IMG/VR virus record: IMGVR_UViG_3300029288_000113
Location: 1-64,000 of that record
Length of the DNA: 64,000 bases
Direction: 5' to 3' (one strand)
Source of the DNA: a virus
Taxonomy: Duplodnaviria; Caudoviricetes
The first letter of the stretch is position 1; the number at the start of each line of letters is the position of its first letter. The notes below the pieces were generated by a model, which saw only the letters and a list, made by a program, of their open reading frames with translations, was not told the DNA's origin and did no database searches. Shown piece by piece: positions 18,273 to 25,682 of the stretch. The translations under genes and the position numbers were made by a program.

Positions 18273-18346
18273 TCCTAAGACGTTGCCTGCTCCTCTGGGC
18301 AGGCAGTGGGTTTCGGCCGGGAGCCACCCGGCCTGGTCACTTAGGA
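18273..18346 (-). ncRNA. Hammerhead ribozyme HH8 (type I, G3-C8 swapped core)
   Basis: UCCUAA GUGACCA GGCCGGG UGGCU CCCGGCC GAAAC..UGCCUGC..GCAGGCA..GUC|UUAGGA. Confidence 0.7.
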
Positions 18347-18607
18347 GAAGATTTTGACCTTAAATTTGTTGATTTTCTCTTTGAAGGTGATGTGGTTGAA
18401 GTGGATGGCCTCCAGGTAAAGCCACCCGTGCTTTACAACCACTGGGGCGTCTGAAGGAACTGTCCAGTTATGTTGGGCTATGCTGCGGGTGATTGCTAAG
18501 GGAAGGTGATGATGGAGCTTAAGGGCCTCAGTCTTGCAGGCATTGATGATTTGGTTGATATCAGTCATTAACTCCAACCCAGGGACGGTAATTTCTTTGT
18601 ATTCCAT
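18341..18607 (-). CDS. Hypothetical protein (first sizeable ORF of the early operon)
   Basis: AAGGAG RBS; its TAA stop forms part of HH8 stem I. Confidence 0.55.
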   Translation of the reverse strand: MEYKEITVPGLELMTDINQIINACKTEALKLHHHLPLAITRSIAQHNWTVPSDAPVVVKHGWLYLEAIHFNHITFKEKINKFKVKIFS

Positions 18608-18631
18608 GACCTTTCTCCTTTATCTAATTTT

Positions 18632-18790
18632 GGCTTCATCGGTTGGCCCTTCCAGGCCAAGACTGGGAATGAGTGCTATTCAGGTTTCTGGCCCGGTGTC
18701 CGTGTTTTCCGGTCGCCACCTGCTTAGGCCGGGTACTCGCCACTTCGGCCCCGCCACCGTTTCGCTTGTGTCTCATTCCCAGTTTCTGCT
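18632..18790 (-). ncRNA. Hammerhead ribozyme HH9 (type II, CCGAUGA core, ~98-nt insert in loop III)
   Basis: GC A GAAA CUGGGAAUGAG..(18674-18771)..CUCAUUCCCAG UC|UUGGCC UGGAAG GGCCAA CCGAUGA A GCC. Confidence 0.65.
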
Positions 18791-19252
18791 CGTTCCTTCT
18801 GTCATGGATTCGCCTCCCGGCCCGGGCAACTCCCCTGCCTGGTGGGTCCGATTCGTTTCTGGCCTATCGGGAAACCTTCAATGGCTTATTGGTTGATGTG
18901 GACTGCCTTGCCCTGACCTTTCCGGTGGTCTTCCTACCTGCGGTCTCCCCCAGGTTGGCCTCCCGGTTGCGCTTACTACCCGGTGCGCCAATTTTTGGTT
19001 TTGGCCTTATGCCTTCGCCCCTGGAAGGGCTTGCCCCGCCGGCCTCTAAAAAGGTCCCCGGTCTTGGACTCTGGCTGCCTTATGCTCCGGCCTGCTAAAT
19101 AATGTACCCTGGGTTAGCGGTGCTGCCGATGGGGGGCTATCTGCTACTTTGGATTATCGGGTGTCTGGCCTGCTCGTCCCGTCCCGCCCTTTATGTCCGG
19201 CCGCCTTGGCCCTCGCTCCATCCAACCTCCTTAATCCTTATTCTTACTTATT

Positions 19253-19280
19253 ATTATAATTATTATTTTGGGGAAGTCAA
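19253..19280 (-). promoter_or_regulatory. Sigma70-type early promoter TTGACT-N16-TATAAT
   Basis: Near-consensus boxes in an AT-rich intergenic tract heading the leftward operon. Confidence 0.7.
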
Positions 19281-19328
19281 CAGAAAAATAGCCGGAAACC
19301 AAGAAAAATGATCATAGGCTTATTTTTT

Positions 19329-19556
19329 TTAGTCCCTGCCCTTGATCTGTCTGGCCAGTTTTTTCAGTTTGTCTTCGACCTCGGGGGCCATGGGTTTCCA
19401 GCCGGAGAGCATGAGAGAGAGGGTGGACTGCTGGATTCCGGTGTGTCGTACAAGGTCAAGCTGCTTGACTCCAGCCTTCCTGAACACCTCCTTGAGTGGA
19501 TGAGGGGTGGGTCTGTTCATGATCGAATATCTCCTATCAATGAAAATTAATTTCAT
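19329..19556 (-). CDS. Cro/XRE-family HTH regulator
   Basis: GVKQLDLVRHTGIQQSTLSLMLSG HTH; the start may be the internal MNRP. Confidence 0.8.
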   Translation of the reverse strand: MKLIFIDRRYSIMNRPTPHPLKEVFRKAGVKQLDLVRHTGIQQSTLSLMLSGWKPMAPEVEDKLKKLARQIKGRD

Positions 19557-19746
19557 TCAGGCTATGGGTGGTTCGATATAAATTCTTGCAGAAAGGAGTT
19601 AGGGCAAAATAAAAGGCATAAATCCAGATTCTGGTGGTAGGAAATAGCCAGGGAAGGAACTTTGGGGGTATTGGTTTGCCCAGGACAGTAAAAAATGGAT
19701 CGTAGCGATAATCCAGGACCCTTTGCCAGTATGTGATTTTTTTCAT
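19537..19746 (-). CDS. Small hypothetical protein
   Basis: ORF downstream of the promoter at 19779-19806. Confidence 0.4.
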   Translation of the reverse strand: MKKITYWQRVLDYRYDPFFTVLGKPIPPKFLPWLFPTTRIWIYAFYFALTPFCKNLYRTTHSLNEINFH

Positions 19747-19778
19747 ATTTTGCCCTCTTCAATAATAGGTTTATTATT

Positions 19779-19806
19779 ATTATAGCCTATTTGAAAGGAC
19801 AATCAA
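19779..19806 (-). promoter_or_regulatory. Promoter TTGATT-N16-TATAAT (class B, AAATAGGCTATAAT)
   Basis: Sigma70-like boxes plus the shared GGCTATAAT. Confidence 0.6.
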
Positions 19807-19823
19807 GAAGAAATCTTACTCCC

Positions 19824-20246
19824 CTATGATGGATATTCGGAGGTGATGTCTGCTGCATGCCGCCTTAGCCATTCGTATATGATGGCCTCGGCCTGGTCCT
19901 GGTCTGGTATGTCCCTGATCTTGCTATCCTCGAATGGTCTGAAGACCCGGTGCGGGATGTCCAGGGTGTCACACAGCTGGCCGTGCAGTTCAGCCCTCTG
20001 GAGGGTGTTGATATCATTGGCCACGGCCCAGGCATATTTCCTGATCAATGGGACGGATTTCCTGACCGATGTTATGAGCCATGAGATCCGGTGACCCACG
20101 ACATCTCTACCCAGATAGACACGTAGGGCCAATGGCAGTAGGAGATCATATGCCCTGCAGGTCTTGTGGTGGGTCAGCAGGTCCGCACCATTGTTGAACC
20201 CATCACCGCAGGCACCGCAATACAGCCGGCCGGTCTTTTTGCTCAT
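19824..20246 (-). CDS. Hypothetical protein with N-terminal C2H-type Zn finger
   Basis: YCGACGDGF...LLTHHKTC. Confidence 0.55.
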   Translation of the reverse strand: MSKKTGRLYCGACGDGFNNGADLLTHHKTCRAYDLLLPLALRVYLGRDVVGHRISWLITSVRKSVPLIRKYAWAVANDINTLQRAELHGQLCDTLDIPHRVFRPFEDSKIRDIPDQDQAEAIIYEWLRRHAADITSEYPS

Positions 20247-20587
20247 GGCTTGCGCTCCAGGGCTTTTTTGAGACGGTTAATAGCATCTCCCCGGCTCAAC
20301 CTACCTTGCCATCCATAATCGTATCTGCGCTCTGACAAGATAATTTTCAAATCTTCCCGCCTCACCAACACCCACTCATCGGCACCGGTGCCGGAGAGGA
20401 GGGCTTGGGCTTCTTTTTGGACCTTTTCGGTCTCATGAAGTGTCCAGTGGGTTAATTTACCGTTAGCTATCAACTTCACCATCTCCCTCAACTTCGCCAC
20501 CTCTTCACGGGTGGCGGTGAGTTCGTCAGGTGTATAACCTATGTCATTGCCACAGCAACCACAGATAATTCCAGATTTTTCCATCAT
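20243..20587 (-). CDS. Hypothetical protein
   Basis: AAGGAGG RBS. Confidence 0.55.
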   Translation of the reverse strand: MMEKSGIICGCCGNDIGYTPDELTATREEVAKLREMVKLIANGKLTHWTLHETEKVQKEAQALLSGTGADEWVLVRREDLKIILSERRYDYGWQGRLSRGDAINRLKKALERKP

Positions 20588-20622
20588 ATCCTCCTTTTAA
20601 AGTCACCATGTCTCCTTCACAT

Positions 20623-20688
20623 ATTATAGCCTGTTTGGGAATTAATTTTTAATTTTAATTTTAATTCATATTTATATATAATTAATCC
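20623..20688. promoter_or_regulatory. Divergent AT-rich control region (leftward class B -10; rightward TATAATTAATCC)
   Basis: Strand switch point; near-pure AT tract 20641-20686. Confidence 0.6.
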
Positions 20689-20689
20689 C

Positions 20690-21358
20690 ATGGACCAGAA
20701 CTTAATACCCAGGAAGGCCCAGGGCGGAAACGGTAATGGGCATAGGAAGAGAGGCCGGCCCAAGGGGATGACCAAGGACAAGTGCAATGTCAACGGCACA
20801 TTGGGCAGGCCCAGGGGCAGTAGCACGATGAACAAGAACGGCACCCCAGAGCCTATACTGATTGCCCGCAGGGCCAACGGCAGGGCAGCCGACATGATCA
20901 CCAATGCCATCTCCGGGGTCATTGCCTCCAAGGCCGTCCAATTAGAGGAACTGGTGTTGAGGCAGCTCGAAGCCGTCGCCTCCAGTGATATCAGGAGGCT
21001 CCCGGGAGTGCCCGATGACCTGGATGAGAGTGTCGCCCTGGCCCTGTCATCCATATCATGCCGGCCCCTGACCTACATGGGTCAGGCAGTCCTGCACCCA
21101 AAGACCGGCGAGCCCCTCATGTCGTACAGCTATTCGTTCTGGCCCAAGCTGCAGGCCACTGATCAGATCAACCGACACATCGGTTGGTATAAGGCTGACA
21201 ATGACCAGTCCAAGCCCCAGAACAACATCCAGATCAATTACCAGCGCGTGGACTTGTCCGGGCTGACCGAGGAGCAACTGGCCAGGAAGTTTCAGCTGGA
21301 GCTGGAGCTGGCCAAGGTCATTGGTGACCCGATAGTCGAGCTCCTGCCTGGGCCTTAA
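20690..21358 (+). CDS. Terminase small subunit-like protein
   Basis: GRPKG/GRPRG N-terminus, L.AVA.SDI, C-terminal KLQATDQINRHIGWY, DLSGLTEEQL. Confidence 0.6.
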   Translation: MDQNLIPRKAQGGNGNGHRKRGRPKGMTKDKCNVNGTLGRPRGSSTMNKNGTPEPILIARRANGRAADMITNAISGVIASKAVQLEELVLRQLEAVASSDIRRLPGVPDDLDESVALALSSISCRPLTYMGQAVLHPKTGEPLMSYSYSFWPKLQATDQINRHIGWYKADNDQSKPQNNIQINYQRVDLSGLTEEQLARKFQLELELAKVIGDPIVELLPGP

Positions 21359-21376
21359 ATGGGCTATAATAGGGAC

Positions 21377-21637
21377 ATGAGATATTTGATCGTTGCCGCT
21401 GACAACCCATTCATGGATGACATTACATCCTATTCTGAAAAAAATGATATCTTGATGGTCATTGATGAGTTGCCGTCCATTCTGGATCTGCGGCAGGCAT
21501 TCAGAAGGCACAAGGGCTGGTGGTTCCGGCCGGATTTTGAGAGGCCAGGGTCACTGCCTGTTCCCAGCCTGGTCATCAACGGCCCCAGGCCCAAGGGCTC
21601 TGGATGGAGGCGCCGTTGCCTCCTGAGGTGCTGCTGA
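21377..21637 (+). CDS. Hypothetical protein
   Basis: ORF following the class B motif at 21357. Confidence 0.4.
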   Translation: MRYLIVAADNPFMDDITSYSEKNDILMVIDELPSILDLRQAFRRHKGWWFRPDFERPGSLPVPSLVINGPRPKGSGWRRRCLLRCC

Positions 21638-21912
21638 TGATCGTGCCGCCTCCATACAGGACGATCGACGACACCCCGAACCCACCGGTCAATGAGTTCT
21701 TCCGGCAGGTCATCTCGTCATACAAGCTGATTCATCAGTTCTGCCACATTCAGCATTGGCAGATGACCAATTACATGGGTCAGGCCCATGCCGGCAGTGT
21801 GTCGCTGCTCATATACATGAACAGGGTGGTGGCCTCGGTCACCACCTGGTCTGATGAACGTAATTATTCCCAGCATTATTATGACATCAGGTTCAGGAGG
21901 CATCAGCACTGA
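21604..21912 (+). CDS. Hypothetical protein
   Basis: Operon-packed ORF. Confidence 0.4.
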   Translation: MEAPLPPEVLLMIVPPPYRTIDDTPNPPVNEFFRQVISSYKLIHQFCHIQHWQMTNYMGQAHAGSVSLLIYMNRVVASVTTWSDERNYSQHYYDIRFRRHQH

Positions 21913-22083
21913 AATGGGCTATAATATAGCCGGGAGAAAGAGGCAATGATCAGACAAATCCACACCTGGCTGATTGCCTTTCAAAAATGGCGCTTCCGGG
22001 CCTGGGGATTGGAACCTTCCATACTGGTGGCCCGAATTGTGACCTGGTTGGAATGGCGTATTCAGCTCACACAAAGATAAGTC

Positions 22084-22160
22084 GACCCCATGACCCAATT
22101 GGATAGGGTTCCCGAATCCTAGTCGGGGAGTTGCAGGTTCGAGTCCTGCTGGGGTCACCA
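22084..22160 (+). tRNA. tRNA-Arg(CCT)
   Basis: GACCCCA/TGGGGTC acceptor stem, ACCC/GGGT D stem with A20, CCCGA-ATCCTAG-TCGGG anticodon arm, GTTCGAGT T loop, encoded CCA. Confidence 0.9.
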
Positions 22161-22298
22161 TGGCATGTGAGACCGGGGGACATCCATGCATTGATAACTT
22201 ATCCGGTGACGGCAATAAACCATCTGTTCTTCGGGGGCTCGAAAGATTGACGGGCGCCGGCGCCTGGCCCATAAGCCGGGGCAATGGAGAGACTGACG

Positions 22299-22481
22299 AT
22301 GATGAACCGGTCACATACAATTGTAATCTCAATGCTTGTGGGCCTGCTGTTCACTGGGGGTTCGTTCCTGATGGATGTGTGCATGGGCTGGGGCATGTGG
22401 CCATTTACCAATCTCCTGTCCGGCCTGGCCCTGAGCATCACAGCCTACGGCCTGCGGTATTTCATTGATTCCTTGATTTGA
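22299..22481 (+). CDS. Small membrane protein between the tRNAs
   Basis: Two hydrophobic segments; GGAG RBS. Confidence 0.5.
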   Translation: MMNRSHTIVISMLVGLLFTGGSFLMDVCMGWGMWPFTNLLSGLALSITAYGLRYFIDSLI

Positions 22482-22487
22482 CATCGT

Positions 22488-22564
22488 CGGGCCTTGGCGC
22501 AGCCAGGCAGCGCACGTGCTTTGGGAGCACGGGGTCCGGGGTTCAAATCCCCGAGGCCCGACCA
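22488..22564 (+). tRNA. tRNA-Pro(TGG)
   Basis: CGGGCCT/AGGCCCG acceptor stem, CGTGC-TTTGGGA-GCACG anticodon arm, GTTCAAAT, encoded CCA. Confidence 0.92.
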
Positions 22565-22730
22565 ATTCTTGAGGAGGTCCAGTCATGATTGATGCCAGAT
22601 GGCTTCTTCTAATCATCCCGGTGTCGGGATGCATCGGTTTCCTTGGGGCACTTCTTGTGTCCATGGCCAAGTATCCAAACCGCAGTAAATATCGGTCTGC
22701 TGGGATAGGGTTGGCACCCAAGCCCCATTA

Positions 22731-23231
22731 TTGATCGGGGTCCTGCTGTGCGCCTTGACCACGGTTTTCCTATTGGTTCCAGTCCCGGCCAGCCAACCCG
22801 CCCCGGCCCCCACCCATGTGGGGATCGCCGGTGTGACCCGCCCGGATTGGATCGCATTCACCGCCACCATGGCCAGGCACTACGGTGTCAGGCCAGATTT
22901 TGCCATCGGGGTGGCATTTGCCGAGGGCTCGGACCCGAAGACCGGCCGGCCCTTCAGGTTCGGCCACCATGGCCGGTACTGGCTGCCCTGGGGCATACAC
23001 GAATATGTCATCCGTGAACGTCACTGGCCCGTCTGGGACATCTACGTCCAGACCGAGGTTGCCGTTCGTGCCCTGTCCATCCATATCAGCAGGGCCAGAA
23101 GGAGACACCTGGGAATTTCTGTTGCAGGTGCGGAGGACAAGGCCCTTCACAGGTACAATGCATCGTGCACTGCCGCCTACATCAGGAGGGTCAGGCAGGG
23201 CCAGAGGATGTATGGGGGATTGGTCAGATGA
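22731..23231 (+). CDS. Secreted lytic-transglycosylase (SLT)-like protein
   Basis: Signal peptide; ARHYGVRPDFAIGVAFAE, ALHRYN, AYIRRV. Confidence 0.55.
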   Translation: MIGVLLCALTTVFLLVPVPASQPAPAPTHVGIAGVTRPDWIAFTATMARHYGVRPDFAIGVAFAEGSDPKTGRPFRFGHHGRYWLPWGIHEYVIRERHWPVWDIYVQTEVAVRALSIHISRARRRHLGISVAGAEDKALHRYNASCTAAYIRRVRQGQRMYGGLVR

Positions 23232-23578
23232 GCCTGATATGCCACGAGACAAGAAAGGACATCGAGTTTGGCGACCCGCTCATGGTCGCATTTTCCAGGG
23301 ACAGGAAGGCGTTTACTGCACTCAGTCAGGAGGTCCTATCCAAGATTCCGCAGCACCTGAAATCTGACGTGCCCGGACAGGTTGACATTCACGTGGCCGT
23401 GAGCAAGAGAAATTTCAATGGCAGCTACACTGTCACGACCGGGTTTAAGGCCGGGGATTTCCTCTATTCGATCTCAGAGGAGACTGCCAGGAGATTTCTG
23501 CCCAGGTATGCGGATGATTATTACCCAATTGCAGACCTAGGCCTGCAGTGCCCCCCGCCCATCGGGGCTGATTGGTGA
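23228..23578 (+). CDS. Hypothetical protein
   Basis: ATGA overlap with the upstream gene. Confidence 0.5.
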   Translation: MSLICHETRKDIEFGDPLMVAFSRDRKAFTALSQEVLSKIPQHLKSDVPGQVDIHVAVSKRNFNGSYTVTTGFKAGDFLYSISEETARRFLPRYADDYYPIADLGLQCPPPIGADW

Positions 23579-23605
23579 TCATATGATGTATGCAGGGTTG
23601 GTGAA

Positions 23606-23890
23606 ATGATGGCTAAATTGCCTTGTTGGATGCTCGATGTGAAAACTTCCTGGGGTCCGGCCACGAGAGATGATCATGGGAATAACCGTGTTCAAATGAA
23701 TATAACATTCAGAGTTGCCACATGGTTTAAAATGTGGATTTTGTTTGAGCTTTTTCTTCTTTTTCCCTGCCTTTCCTGGATGGATGTTTTTCTCAGGATT
23801 TTGGACATGAAGATTAACAATGGGTGTGGTTATGCCCAGAGGCAGCCAAGGCAGTTTACTGACTGGCGCTCATACTGGGCTGACGTTTGA
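23606..23890 (+). CDS. Hypothetical protein
   Basis: AT-richer ORF. Confidence 0.4.
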   Translation: MMAKLPCWMLDVKTSWGPATRDDHGNNRVQMNITFRVATWFKMWILFELFLLFPCLSWMDVFLRILDMKINNGCGYAQRQPRQFTDWRSYWADV

Positions 23891-23979
23891 ACCTGTTTGA
23901 TGTGACTCCACTGCTGATGATCATCATGGTGGCGACATATGCATTGTCTGTCCTTATGTCCTTGCACTAGGGAGTAATT

Positions 23980-24564
23980 GTGACCGAACTTGATCCCCAG
24001 GCCCGCGGCCTGTTCAACCGCCTGGCCGCCCTGCCGGACAAGATTGATGAGATACTGTCTGTGCTCTCAGGCCATCCCCCGGCCCCGCCACCACCGGAGC
24101 TCACTGCGGGCATTGGCATATGTGAGGACTGCGTCAGGCTGTGCAATACCGTTGACCAGGAGGTGGTGGGGGCCATGATGGGCCTGGTGCGCGAGCTTCT
24201 GATCGATGTCCGGTCTGCGGTCAAGTCTGGCAATTATGCCCAGGCCTCATCCATGATCGACAAGGTCATCGAGGTGGCATCCACCGACCTTAAGTCAGTG
24301 AAGGAAAGGCCGAATGTCGACGGCAATGATTGTGACCCTTATATCCACAGGCTCAAGAGACATGGCAAGGGCAAGGTCAATAGGGGGCGGAAGTTAAACG
24401 TCAATTGGAAGCAGCTGGCATTGAATCGGGGGTTCCCCAGTGCCCAGGTCATGCTCAGGGACATGGGCAAAAGGATGTCCTTGACTGATGTGGCCCGGGC
24501 CATTGGGGTGGATAGGGCCAAGGTCCAGTCCAAGTGGTACTCATTGGGTTTGCATCTGGAATAG
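23980..24564 (+). CDS. Hypothetical protein with C-terminal HTH
   Basis: GICEDCVRLC; MSLTDVARAIGVDRAKV. Confidence 0.55.
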   Translation: MTELDPQARGLFNRLAALPDKIDEILSVLSGHPPAPPPPELTAGIGICEDCVRLCNTVDQEVVGAMMGLVRELLIDVRSAVKSGNYAQASSMIDKVIEVASTDLKSVKERPNVDGNDCDPYIHRLKRHGKGKVNRGRKLNVNWKQLALNRGFPSAQVMLRDMGKRMSLTDVARAIGVDRAKVQSKWYSLGLHLE

Positions 24565-24593
24565 GGGGATGATCATGGGATGGGGCTTCTGAA

Positions 24594-25199
24594 TTGTCTG
24601 GCCTGTATGCGCTGATCCCGTCCGACCGGCCCTGTACCATCACTGACTTGGCCGAACTGTATGCCCCCATGGCAAGGTACTGGGCATACAGGATGTATCA
24701 GGATGACCGGGCCATGCACAGGTCCCTGGTTGACCTTGAGCAGGATGCCTGGGTGGGCATCCTTGAGGCCTGGCACTCATGGGACCCGGGCAAGGGCTCG
24801 ACGTTCAAGACCTATGCCAACAACAGGGCCAGGTGGTCCATACTCAACGGACAGAGACAGATTGACCTGGGCCTGGCCAGGGCATACATGTATGATCGCC
24901 GCCTGTATTCAAACATACTGGCCATGGCCAGCCTGGATGACCAGGATGCGGCCGTCCTGGATACCCTTCCTGACCCCGGCTCGGAATCCGGGTTTGTGGA
25001 GGGGGTGGCCTGGGAGTCCTTCGTGGCCATGCTTAACCTGGTGTCAGACCCCAGGACAAGGCTGGTGCTCATGAGGAGGTTCGGTCAGGACATACAGCTC
25101 GAGGAGATAGGCAATGAACTAGGGGTCTCATCTGAGAGGGCCAGGCAGTTGGTGGCCAAGGGATGCAGGGAGATCAGGGCCAAACTGGGAGGACAATGA
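24594..25199 (+). CDS. Sigma-70 family sigma factor (regions 2 and 4)
   Basis: DLEQDAWVGILEAWHSWDPGKGSTFKTYANNRARWSI; LEEIGNELGVSSERARQL. Confidence 0.88.
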   Translation: MSGLYALIPSDRPCTITDLAELYAPMARYWAYRMYQDDRAMHRSLVDLEQDAWVGILEAWHSWDPGKGSTFKTYANNRARWSILNGQRQIDLGLARAYMYDRRLYSNILAMASLDDQDAAVLDTLPDPGSESGFVEGVAWESFVAMLNLVSDPRTRLVLMRRFGQDIQLEEIGNELGVSSERARQLVAKGCREIRAKLGGQ

Positions 25200-25217
25200 T
25201 GGAGTGGGTACTGACCA

Positions 25218-25682
25218 ATGACTCATAGTGACCTAGTCAGATTGGGCCACCGATGGTTGACCTCCAGGGGCTACACCTCATTTGCGGAGTTTGCCACATA
25301 TAGCAATGAGTCACCGGATGTCATCGGTTGGAAGGGCGGCCTGTCCATATTGATCGAGTGCAAGGCCAGCAGGGGTGATTTCCTGTCTGATGGCAAGAAA
25401 CTAGCCAGGCGCTGCCTGTATGCCTTGGGGCGCCGGCGCATCTACCTCTGCCCCTGGGGCATGATCCAGGAGAGTGAGCTGCCGCCACGCTGGGGCCTTG
25501 CCTGGGCCAGGGGTGACCGTGTTTTCCTCAGGCTTGGCCCGTCGGCATTTCCCCAATATGACCTCATGGGTGAGCTCAGGTTCATGTCAAGCATGCTGCG
25601 CCGGGCCGACATCAGGCTGGGCGACGACCATATCAATGATTGGCTGAAATGGGAGAACAGGAGGACCGGTGCTCCTGATTGA
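25218..25682 (+). CDS. PD-(D/E)xK nuclease-like protein (MmcB-like)
   Basis: ESPDVIGW...LIECKASRGDF. Confidence 0.7.
   Translation: MTHSDLVRLGHRWLTSRGYTSFAEFATYSNESPDVIGWKGGLSILIECKASRGDFLSDGKKLARRCLYALGRRRIYLCPWGMIQESELPPRWGLAWARGDRVFLRLGPSAFPQYDLMGELRFMSSMLRRADIRLGDDHINDWLKWENRRTGAPD

Noticed and set aside
18632-18693. Compact local fold of HH9 using GAAAC at ~18684-18688
   Set aside because: Stem III is poorly paired; the 12-bp long-range stem with 18772-18783 is much better and matches the HH6 flanks.
22161-22290. tRNA-associated HDV-like (theta) ribozyme or pseudoknot after tRNA-Arg
   Set aside because: Some pairing is possible (GGGC/GCCC with CCGGC/GCCGG), but I could not assemble the nested double pseudoknot, and the tRNA already encodes CCA.
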